DNA of 64,000 nucleotides, taken from the NCBI GenBank assembly GCA_036172245.1, contig JAYWIR010000003.1, forward strand, positions 4,030,001 through 4,094,000, written 5' to 3'. How positions within the stretch are numbered: the stretch's first letter is position 1; every line of letters begins with the position of its first letter. The position numbers and the translations under genes are program-made. The notes under the pieces were generated by a model that made no database searches, was not told the DNA's origin, and worked only from the letters and a program-made list of their open reading frames with translations. The stretch is from Raillietiella orientalis (lineage: Eukaryota). Shown here one piece after another: positions 11,101-22,513 of the stretch.

Positions 11101-13277
11101 GAGAGACATTCCGTCCTGGTCGTCCCGGAAACGCATTCCTGGATTCTCTTTCCTCCTAAGCATCGCTGCTACCGAGAGCGTGCCTCAACTGCTGAGTAGC
11201 CAACACATACGTAACAATTTTCTGATTGCTGCAGGCGTTCTTTTTTCAACGTTGTGAATCGCGGAGGAGGAACTCTTTCTGAAGCAAATCCTCACGTGGG
11301 CAGGAGTGTTAATCACGTTTTTCTTGCTTTTCTCCCCCGCAGCACTTGCCATAGAGACTTGTCTGTAAGATGTGCCAAACACCGAGTACCCAGTGACGCG
11401 CTAGATTAGGTATTATCCTTAGATCCCTTTATCCCTGAGTGATGTGTCCAGCACTGCTGTAGAAAGCAGAGCAGTCCGTTATCTTTCTGATGATTGATGA
11501 GTTACATTCGACACCGATCTAGTTTTTCACCACTTGCTTAGGTAGCTACCTTGAAATAGCTCTGTCTTTGTTTATATTCTTACACATAATTCATTGAATG
11601 CACTTATAGGACTGCAGGCGGCAAACAGTACTCGGCAGTTTTACTAGCATATTCACATTTCTACCAATTGACATGTAAAGTTTTTTTTCATCATTTCTTT
11701 CAGTTTTGGTGTTGCATTATGAGTCTTGGAAATGTCCTCTTGTAGGCTGAGATTTTCACGACCTGAGGAGCAGGACTTGATTCTAAACGATGAAACTACA
11801 AAGCTCCATCTCCAAGTATAGATGCATGCCGGGATCCTACTCAATAGCTGCAGCGAAGAGATTCAAATAATGACAGCAAATGAATAAAAATTCAATTGCA
11901 TAGGAGCATTATGGTTTAACACAATGCAGAATACTTGAAATAAAGGTTGACTCAATTAAATAGAATTATTATTATAATCTTGAAAGTACTTAATAAGAAA
12001 AAAGAGTTTTAAGCTTTAACAGTTTAGCCTATGAATCCGATGCCATTATTAGACTAATTCTTCGGCCACTCGATAATAACGTTCATATTCTTCAAAGAGT
12101 TAAGTGTTTCCAAGCCAATATAGGCTTTTGTGAATGTGAACTTCGCCTATTTTGATAAAGAGGTATAATTACGAAAATTAATGAGACATTAAGGAGCATT
12201 TTAATATAATTTTGTACTGATTTGCAAGTGCAAAAATTGTTTCAACATTAAAAAGGCTGCTTAGAATTTCTTAACGTGATAATGCAATTATTCTTTCTAA
12301 ACGAAAATAGATTCTTGCTTTTGTTTTTGATATGATTCGAATTTTAGCTCACTAGCCCTGGCTTTATCTCTTAGGTATGAATATCTCCGTGTATCATGCA
12401 ATGCAGACACATTTGTTTTGATATTAATTCATGATATTCTTTATTTATAAGCATAATTCAAATTTGACAGAAGATAAAATCAGTAAAAAAATTCTGAAGA
12501 ACTTTTCCTAATATGATTTTCATCGTTAATTAAAAATTCACAAATGTATACCTTTAAATGAGAAAGCATACTGTTTTCTTTGGCGCTAATGGAAATTGGA
12601 GGAAAAAATCATCATGAGAATGGTTCAGCTCTTTGAATTTCAGCACTGTGATTTCTCTATTGAAAAACTGAATCCATCTTAGTTCTTGAAACCAAGGAAA
12701 TAATTTCCTGTGGTTAAATTTATCAAAGCGTTGCGTGCAATTAATGGAAATTAAAATGTGCAAGCTTTGGGTTGAAATTTGATTTCTTTTTCTTACAGTA
12801 ATGCAGTGGCTCTTACAAGTATGGTGCTCATTTTCAAAAATATAAAATGAACGAATACTCTTCATTCTGCTGAAGCTTTTGCTTTTGTGTTTACTCCGAA
12901 GTAAATATGAAAGGAAGAAATTAGATGGCCCTCGTTATGGTTGATCGTTAGTTGAGCATCAATAAAGGGAATTTTAAAAAAAATAAAATAAAAGGGGAAA
13001 TGAAAGAATGCTTTCTTAATGGTAAAATGATTTTACTGTACAAGTGAATCTTCATCTTGAGATGCGCTGACGTATGCAGTTCTTGTACGAGGGCAACCAC
13101 ATTGGTGCTACTTCGTTCTGTGCTAAATTGAAATCCTCACTTCAGTTCGTGCTACCGCCTAAAAAATGGGAACCTTAATTAAGATTAAGCCCAGTATGAA
13201 CATCAAATATTAAGGGCAGCTTTATTTCTTTAGAAGTCTAAAAAAATTAGTCTAGTTCATAATGTTTTCACTTTTGC

Positions 13278-13305
13278 GTGTGTGTGGTGTGTGTGTGTGT
13301 GTGTG
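13278..13305. repeat. (GT)n microsatellite
   Basis: Direct inspection. Confidence 0.9.
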
Positions 13306-13584
13306 AAATATTTTGCACTCACGGAAACCCAAAGTATTTTTTAAAAAGAAATTGAAAAGCACAAAAAACACCAAAGGCACAATGAAGTGCATTTGCACAA
13401 ATGTCCTGAATGAAGTTCCTGCTTTCATAACACCAGCATACTTCCATTATGAGGCTGTGCTTGTTTCCCAACATTACTGGTTCTGTGTATCCTTAGATCT
13501 CTTGTTTATTACAAGAGTTTACTTCTTTCTTAGAGGCTCGGTTTGTGATTTGCTCCCATTGCATTTTGTTCTTATATTATGCAG

Positions 13585-13869
13585 CCTTCTGTTCTATCAT
13601 CTGATGTTGAGAACGCGCTGCAAGCCAGCAGAGCTTCTGAATCTGTGCCCATACAAAAGGGCCATGCAAGAAGAATTCGTACTTCTGCTGCTCATCTCCG
13701 GGAACCTTCTCCCAATTGGTACAGGGATTTCAAAGACTCGGAAAACAAGAAGAGAGAAGCCTTGATCACGATTGCACCATTATCAAGGACCACATCAGTT
13801 TTCCATTTTGGTGAACAGTTTGAAAGACCGCTATTAGTGTTGGGAAAATCTAAAAGCACAGTGTTCTGA
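13585..13869 (+). CDS. Candidate terminal coding exon of an unidentified gene
   Basis: Pyrimidine-rich acceptor TTTTGTTCTTATATTATGCAG| followed by a 94-codon open frame in AT-rich DNA (PSVLSSDVEN...LGKSKSTVF*); no recognised homology. Confidence 0.3.
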   Translation, partial: PSVLSSDVENALQASRASESVPIQKGHARRIRTSAAHLREPSPNWYRDFKDSENKKREALITIAPLSRTTSVFHFGEQFERPLLVLGKSKSTVF

Positions 13870-16800
13870 ATGTCAGAATTCATGTTTTGAGGTGGCCCTT
13901 AGTCATGCTGAGGAATGGCTGAGTATCAACATTTCATTATTTTTGTCCTTGAATCGGGGATGCTTCAAAGATTTTTTTTTAAGCCATCATGAAAGGTAAA
14001 TGTTTGTGTGTGTGTGTTTTGCTGATATTGGATCTGTGCTTCATCCTTTGTATGGGAATGCTGCTTTAAAATTCTGCATGTGTTATCGCACTTTTCCAAT
14101 ATTTTCCAAAATTTCCAGAACAGAGATGTAATAATCATTTTTTTTTTTTTATGCAAGCAACAAGTTGGACGATAAGGGATACCATGGCTTTTTTTTTTTT
14201 TTTCGATTATGGTTCCTTTAATATTTGTCACCCTTCGTGAGTTATGGGAATGAAATGTGCAAGTTGATTTGCTTGAATTACAATCTTCAGAAATTTATCT
14301 ATTTCCAGAATGCATCTTGAAATAAAAATAAAATCCAGAATTCCAAATCAATAGATTAGAGTGGAGTTTTGAGTGAGTCTGCGTAGCTTGTTTGGAAATC
14401 TCAAGTTTCCGAGAATTCCAAATGATTTCAGATTCTCGTTTCATCCACTCAGAACTTCTTTAAGCATTTATGAACACCTATTTTTGTGACGAATCCTGCT
14501 GACTTGACTCGAAATTCGAGGCGATCAAATGATCCGTTATTTATTTACCTTGTCATTCACCTCCTTATTCATTGCATTTATCTATGTTGCATTGAAAGAT
14601 ATTGTGTCCTGGAACCTCATTGAAAAAAGATACAAAAAGTCGAATGGCTCTTTCAGCATGGCAACCGCCTCCAGCAGCTCATAACCTTCGTTCGAAGCGC
14701 TATCATAATAACGCTTAAAGTTGCAGAGTCTAAATCAAGTGATTTAGACTCTTGCCCCGCCTTGTTTTAAATCTCCTACTCGATGATAACAGGAATCTAT
14801 TCATGGTTCACTTTTTGTTACTTAGTTTAAGTTCAGTTCAGTTCTATTTATGCGGAACATGAACTCGTGTTCTGTTTGGAGAAAGGGGATTTGTGCGTCT
14901 ACAAGATCAAATGATATAAATTAATATATAAAAATTTAAAGTGTACATGGCTCAGGAGTTTCAGCAGTGATCCTAACAAGTACATGAAAGAAACGAAGTT
15001 CCCTCAGTCAAGATCATCGAATTTCTTACATCATATAAAAGCATGGAAACGAAGTGTGTGATGTAATAGCAAAGGATGTCCAGAATTCTTAGGAGATATA
15101 CTACTGTCCACCTGTTGTTCAAGATTGTATTTTCTTATGTGTTATTGAGTGCTAGCTGGTTAATTTTTACATTGCATTACAGTATTTACAATGATGTAAG
15201 GAAGGTCATGTGATACTTTGCGTCCTTGAGTGTCCGAGGATCATTCTCTCTGTATTATTCCGGACTGGCCCACCAATTTTTCATTTAATGGAATGTCCTA
15301 CAACGCACCTCACCTTATTTACCTCTTTGTGCAATACCATTCTTTTAATCTCGTGTCTTTTAGCCAGGAATATGACTTTTGCTGTTCCACCGGTTCCTGT
15401 GAAACATCTGAAACGATGCAATGAAAACAGACAAAGGCAAGGCGAGGAGCCCTTTGGATTGGATGCCTTGTTCGCTGAAGAGTCGGAAAAAAGGAAGAAA
15501 GGTATCCACAACTTGATATCTGAATCGCACTCTGTATCCGGGATTTTAGTTTTGTTTGCTTTATACGTTTGGTCCTTTGTCTTCTTGAGATGCTTTCTTC
15601 GATCCGGAGGATTTTTTAGGATTCACGCACTGAAATAAAATCCGTCACTTTTATTGAACTCTCTCACGGACTGAGACTTATAATGTTCCCATTTTTTCAA
15701 TCGAAGTATTTGATTTGAAATACCTACCTAAAGACACCGAAATTCCGAATGGTCTCTAGCAAAATAACTGCAAATAGGCACGACTTTTTTTCGATGACGC
15801 GGGTCACTTTCCTTCTTGAGTTGCAGAAGGGTGCTTGACAAGCTCTTCTACTTCTGCTATATGATTAAATGTAATGTTTCTTTGAATTTGGATCGTATAA
15901 ATAGTGCGATGCAACCATTGGTAAGTTCGTCTTGGCTTTCGGTATACAACTAATACACATCCAAAAATATTTCTTACCTCTTAACTATTTTTGGAGACTC
16001 TGAATACGAAACGAATTTACTCCTTGTTTGTTTTCAAGTGCTTCTTCCGATCAGGTAAATCAAGTTCCCCGCTCACAGACAGAACATATATTTTACTCAA
16101 AAGTTACGTTTACTTAGTCAGAATCCGATAAATGAATAGGATGGCAATTCCAGAAATATGTACTGCTAGAATCTCATAAAATAAAGTGCGCAAAGTGCTC
16201 CATTTCTCTACTGCATACACTTTCTCAGGCGACTTACCTTTCGAAAATTCATATTGGAACCATTAAGGTTAAAGAGGGAAAATTGAATTAAGAACCTCAA
16301 AGACTTTTTGTGTTATTATTATTATTATTATTTTATAGAAAAACGCTCATGGAAGAAATATTCTGATCTTTGCTGATTTCTATTGCAAGGAGTTTTCAAA
16401 ATCAAAATACGAAAACATTGGGTCTAACCAAAAGGCTTCGAAACAATCCATGCTTCCACATCCACAGTCTTCAACATCCCATTTCTTTTCTTTTGGCACA
16501 TAGAAAAAGTTAAGGAATCTCTTAGGGAAAGCGACTGCAATAAATACGCAGAGAACAGCGGAACAGAGCAGAAATTTTGCCCATCACGAAAAACGCATGG
16601 CTACACAAAGTTTCCCGGAGAATGGTGTTCTTATAAGGTATTCGCAAGGAAATGTATTTTTCTCTTACATTTCATGATTGATGAGCAAACTTGTATTGGT
16701 TACATTTATTCTTCAAGCCTTACAGTAAAAAAATATACTAAAATAATTGGAAGATTAGTTAAGATGGATTATTAATTATCTAAGACTGACAAATCTGCTT

Positions 16801-16935
16801 TCGTTGAGATATCAGAAACATTGAATCCAAGTAAACGGAAAAGATTTTTTTAATAAAGGCATTCTTTTAAAATTCCTAAAATAGAGGAATATGTCCGCGT
16901 TCCGCTATTCTATACCCATATTCCGCTATTCTATC

Positions 16936-17456
16936 GAAGTCGACCTCCGGGTCCCTTCCAAGAATCAAGGAGTGGGAGTTACCCTCCGATCGTGCATAGG
17001 AGTGGACTCCCCTTTGGAGGGACCCTCCGTAGAGTAGGTGTGTCGCCACTTCTCTAGAGTTCCAGAGAAGCGTGTTGCTTTCTTCGGGGAGAGCCCTTCT
17101 GAATTTCGGAAGACCCCCGAAGGGACGCTTCAGAGGAGCAAACAGGAGCGGTTCCCTTCGGAGAAGAAAACATGGTGCGGACCCTTTCGGGGGTCCCTCC
17201 GGAGGGAGTAAAGAAGGGGAAGATTCTCTTCCGGGTTCCCATCGGAGACAACCAGGGTTGGGAGGCTCCCTTCGGGGATGCCTCCCCAGGCATGAGAGGC
17301 TGTCCCCTCCCGGTATCTTGAAGAATTAACACGTACCCTCGGGTAGGGTGGGGAACAGCTCAAAGAGCTGCGTGGGCCGCTGGTTCTTGAAGTACTCAGC
17401 GAAGCTCCCCTCCTCCCCCCCAAAAAAAGCTGGAAGTGAAGAAGGACTTCCATCGA
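16936..17456 (+). mobile_element. 5'-truncated copy of the SINE-like family
   Basis: GAAGTCGACCTCCGGGTCCCTTCCAAGAATCAAGGAGTGGG aligns with 44450-44490; hairpin units and tail present. Confidence 0.8.
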
Positions 17457-17660
17457 TTTTAGTAGGTATGGGATGACATGAGGAATTTCATTTTTACTGG
17501 TTAGGATTTCCTTGGCCCCTGCACTTGTTTCTTGTATTACACACGAATGGTAGAAATCCGGCAAGGCAGTAAAAGGCAACAACAGCAACAGCTTTGATTC
17601 TTTCTAATCGTTTAGCTGGAATCACCTCAACAGGAGAACCAAATGCGCTTTGCTTGTTAT

Positions 17661-17950
17661 CACCCGGGTGCGCCGGGGCGTTTATTAAAAACTATCCGGG
17701 AACAGAGTTCCTGGACAAAGGGAAAGACAAGAGACGAAGGGGGTGGGATCCCCGACACGCAGGTCGGTATGCCGAAAGTCCGGAACGGGAGGGAGGGGAC
17801 CACAAATACACTACTATAAAAAATAAAAAGAAAAATATGGAGGGCAGGGGACAGGGGTCTTTGGTTCGGCCGTTCCTTCCTTTCAGAACCGGCGATGGAT
17901 GCCGGCGATCTCTTTGCTTGGATGGCAGCGGCGTGCCGTACGCACACCCC
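17661..17950 (-). mobile_element. Diverged L1/Tx1-type LINE extreme 3' end (copy T5)
   Basis: SKEIAGIHRRF (cf. QELAGILDRM) plus AATAAA-CGCCCCGGCGCACCCGGGTG terminus shared with T1-T3. Confidence 0.65.
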
Positions 17951-20900
17951 GAAAAAGAGAAAAGCATTTTTCAAATGAATCATATCTATGCAATCCTTCC
18001 TCTCCCCCGTTTATGATTTGAGAAATTAAGTCTCCGAAAACCGAGACTAGACTCTTCAGCAAAGACACTCTCATAGGTTTCTCAAAATTTTTAGAAAACC
18101 TACAGCTGCTATCTCCAAAAGATGGAAGCAAGGAGCTGATGTCAGCCGTGATTCCAAACGGAGAGGCTCAGAAACCGAAAGAAGGGAGTGAAGAATGTAA
18201 GCTGGAAACTGTTTTCCTAGGTATGCATAAAAAATGGGTCCCCCACCCCTGCCACCCATCTGTATTTCTGGACATCTCTTCGCTTCCATTCTTAAAGATG
18301 AAATCTCGATTTGATTTGCTGTATTTAAGACCGTCTTTAAGCCCTCGTTAAGAGTTTAGTAGTTCATGCTCATACTAGGTTGCATCAAATTCGTACTCCA
18401 ATTTGACACAGAAAGGACACAAACTATCGATAAAACTTTTAGAGCGTTGGCATTATTCATGAGATTGAGGTACGCATGGTTAATTTTGCTAGGCTCCCAA
18501 GTCAAACAAGTATATGCAAATGTTTTGGGTGTATACTATAGGGAATCATCGTTACATTATGAGAACGCGAATCATCAAGAATGACTGAGTATCTTTTGTA
18601 AATCAAAAGAAATGGGAGTGAATCCAATCTGCTCTTTCATTGTCTGCATCTCATGTGTGTACCTAACGAGTTTTGCTTTTAATTGATTCAGTTTTATTTT
18701 ATAAATCGGGGACAGAATGTGGATGGTGCATCTTCGTGATCCATTCTTCTTCTTTCGTGCACTGCAGTTCTTCTCCTTGCAGCATCACTGGGCATTTGGC
18801 ATCCAGATCTTAGGCTCACCATCTCACCATCAGATTTTTCATGTGTCTCTTTAGTACAATACGACTATGCTGCTGACTTAATACAATCTATGCTGTTTTC
18901 TTTTTGTTTTCTATGTAGCACCACCGCTTACCGAAATTATTGCTGGCTTCCTTCCCTTTGCTTTGCTAGCTCGAGATGGTAATAGTGTAATAGGTGCATA
19001 ATGCATGAAGATCCAGAAGCTTCCAACGATCAGGATATGAAATGGCCAAAATTACCAAAAATGAAGAAAGTAAACAAAGTACGATGATCTCGCAAGTCGA
19101 AGAAATTGCACAAATGGAAGGCCATAAACAGGGCTCGGGGAATCATCTAAGGCCTATTAGGCAGACAGATTATTTTCATTTGCTTCAGATCGGTTACCTT
19201 TTGCAGCTTGAAATTTCAGGCAGGCGTGAATTAATGTGTACATGGTACGGTGCACAGCTTGTAAATTTTTTGTTACGTCTCGAACATGCATAAAAAATTT
19301 CTAAAAAATGCATACTTGGAAGCCGGCTGATATTTCATTTAGGACGACTTGGTTTCATCTGTGTTCCTTTAATTCTATTAAAATCTTACTGTGATTCAAC
19401 CTTTTGACCCGCCTATATGTAACGAAACGTTCATTTCGTTCGCTCGTTTTTTAAATCGTATCTTACTCCATACATTTGATCTGTTAATCATCAATATCAT
19501 TAGGCAGTTTGACTCGATTTGTTTTCCCTTCCTTCAATCCACTGCTTCTGTACAATTCATAATCCTTATCAAGGCGAAACTTTCAAAAACTCCCCGAGTG
19601 CTCTTCATGGACTTACATCTAAAAAGTAGTTTACCCCTTAGAAAAAGCCATCATTATGTTTCCTACCCAATACAAAACTTGTGGCCTTCATTCTCCAGTT
19701 ACTCTCATGTCCCTTAATTGATATGGAAAATGCTTGGTAACTGCTAATACCCGAAGGATCAAGAATCTCTTGGACCTTTATGAAATGAAACCGCGCTTGA
19801 GTTACGCACTTTTGGGGGGGAGGGGGGAATTCCATATTAAGAGCACTTCATTTTTTGCTCATTTTGAGGATGACAGAGTTCCCGGTCGGTCAGACAAATG
19901 ACAAAACGATGACAGCTTCTGTTAATGCATATGCCATAACTGAAGGTATATTGATTTTCCAAGCACTTTTATCCAATGATGGACTAGCAGCATGGATAAA
20001 AGAATTTCGTGCATCAGTTTTTAGCAAGAAGTACCTAAGTACATTTGGGTAATTCATGAAAATGCGAATCTTTAATGATCGTTTTGTGAAGGTAATCCAT
20101 GACGTTTACGGGAATCAATCTTAACCCTTGGAGGCTGAAAGCAAAGGATCCAACAGTCGTCAAACGATCAAAGTTTATTTTTAGAAATGAAATGGTTTCG
20201 TCGAATCAATGAAAGACATTTTCCTCCCGCGAAATCTTAAGAATATAAGGAAACCATTCGTCACAAAGATGTATTTTAACATTTTGCGCCATAAATCTCT
20301 GAAAGCGGAAAAGAATTTTGATGTTCCAAAGACTTGAGATAAGGCACCACCATTTGGCATACGTTGAGGTCACGTCAATTAATATCTTAGAAAGAGATGA
20401 GCACTTAGACCAGCAATGGTAAGCGAGTGAAATCCAGATTTAAAAGTGCATTCCCACTGTATCACTTTCTCTGAGATTATTGCGTCTCACAATATATTCC
20501 GGAAATATATATTCTCTTAACAAACATAGTAACAAGCAATTATCCTGTATATCTCTTTATGTTATGGAAATGTTGGCGGAAAAGAACAGAACCAAAACAA
20601 TATGAAAACTATTCCAACTATGAGAGAGAAATCTTTTTTGAATATGGTAATTCCTGTTTTCCATCTAAAGGACATTCTGCACACGTGACACGGTCAGAAG
20701 GATCCTTACGTTTACTATGAAGTCTGTCTTATTTCTTTACCATTAACAAATTTATCACGGAACGATTTCTCGGAACCGCGTTTAGAGTTTGAGTGCATTA
20801 CCAATATTCGTGTCTGTTTCTTTGAGAATCAATGAAAAAATGCCCTACGAAAAAAGATACTTTAAAACAGGAATGTACGGGAATTTTTTTTTATTCACTG

Positions 20901-22310
20901 GCTTCTATTACTTTGCCTCTGGAGTCGAGTCCGGAAGAAAACTATGCATGCTATGCGATTACGAGTACAGCAACCGTTACAGCAATTAGTTTAGCGAATT
21001 CAGTTTGATACTAACTCATAGCATCTAAAAAAGAATAATTCGCAATATGAATGATTAGCTTCAGAATTGCATAATCTCATCCACCAACTCTGTTGTTGGG
21101 TTTTTGATGGGCTGAAGGTAATCAAGCGAGATGCAATTGGGTTTTCCCCGAAAATTTCCAGAAACCGGCTGGGATTAGTTTCTGAGACTTACATGTCAAT
21201 CCGCTTCGGAACCTCGAATGTGAAATCGAAGCTCGATGTGTTTTCTCCTTCCCTCTTATCGAAAGTCAAATTTCCGATAAAATTCATGAAACAGGTCATG
21301 GCTGGCTTTTATTTCCTCTGCTGCACTTTTTTGGCCTTGGTTTCTCTCCACGCAACGTTTCAACTTGGTTTCCCAGAACGGCATTTCGTATGGAATCTCC
21401 GCATCTTGAAAAACAGTGTTGCGTTTTCTCTTAGTCCAAGAACAGAATCACCGTATGTCATCCTGGGCAACCCGAACCGGGGTCACCAATTTCTTGCTAA
21501 GCTTTTTTAACCAAAAAATTGATGCAGAGATCTTCTAAAAGCTGCTTCTCTTTCCTCTTCGTTTTTATAAAAAAAAAAAAAACAAAGCCTAAAATTTCTC
21601 TTATCCTTTATGCAAATCATCACTCTGGAACTCTTATCTTTGTATCTGTTCCTGTATCCAAAGAAGCAATGGAGCCTGTTTCCGATAATTTATACGATCT
21701 GAATTACTGAAAGCCTGAATTCATCAAATTGAGTATTCATCAAGTCTAAGCAAAGTGCTTGAAACCGTTCCTTTTTCCTTGTTTTTCAAATAAAATATTC
21801 AGTGTTTCATTCCGCTTAATTGAGGGAATTAAGTGCAATACAGAATGCTGTGAAACTTCGAGTAAGTTTTTTGCATTCGAAAAAGTCTTTTACTCAGCTG
21901 CAGAGAAATCGTAATCTATTGAGTGCTGTTTCATCGCTTAATAGGACCCTTGCTTTAGATAAAATTGCAAATATTTCAAGAACACAAATGTAGCAAAAGT
22001 GGTTATCGAGAGTACATCGGTTATTCTTTATTCTGCCGTACTTTCATGTCGTTAACCTCTTTCACTAGTAGTACACAGACTCGCAATTAGGTTAATACAA
22101 TGCGTGGGCCCATGTAGTCACGAGTGCATATTTGTGGCCACCGTCGTTAAACTCCACTCAGAGTTGTGACTTTTGTATTATAATTTCGAGTAAAATGCTC
22201 AATCATAAAATTGAAATTTTCAATGCAGAGCTATAAAATTAGAAGTTGATTTTTTTTTTTTTTTTTGCAAAAGAAATCCAGAAACCAGTTTGTAATATTT
22301 CTAAGTTCAG

Positions 22311-22513
22311 ATCTTGGAAACAAGATGAAACTGTCATTTGAGAAGTACAACAAGGAATTCATAGAGAGGATGAATAAAGAGAAGGAATACTGCAACCGAG
22401 TTAAAGAAATACTTCATCGAGTCAAAGCTATCGAGGAAAAGCAAAAGGAGAAAAAAAAAGTCCTTCTAGAAAAATTGGAGACTTTGATGCAAACACTGAA
22501 ATCTGACAAATAA
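22311..22513 (+). CDS. Candidate terminal exon encoding a K/E-rich coiled coil
   Basis: Acceptor TTCTAAGTTCAG|, open frame ...MKLSFEKYNKEFIERMNKEKE...LLEKLETLMQTLKSDK*, AATAAA overlapping the stop; no recognised family. Confidence 0.35.
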
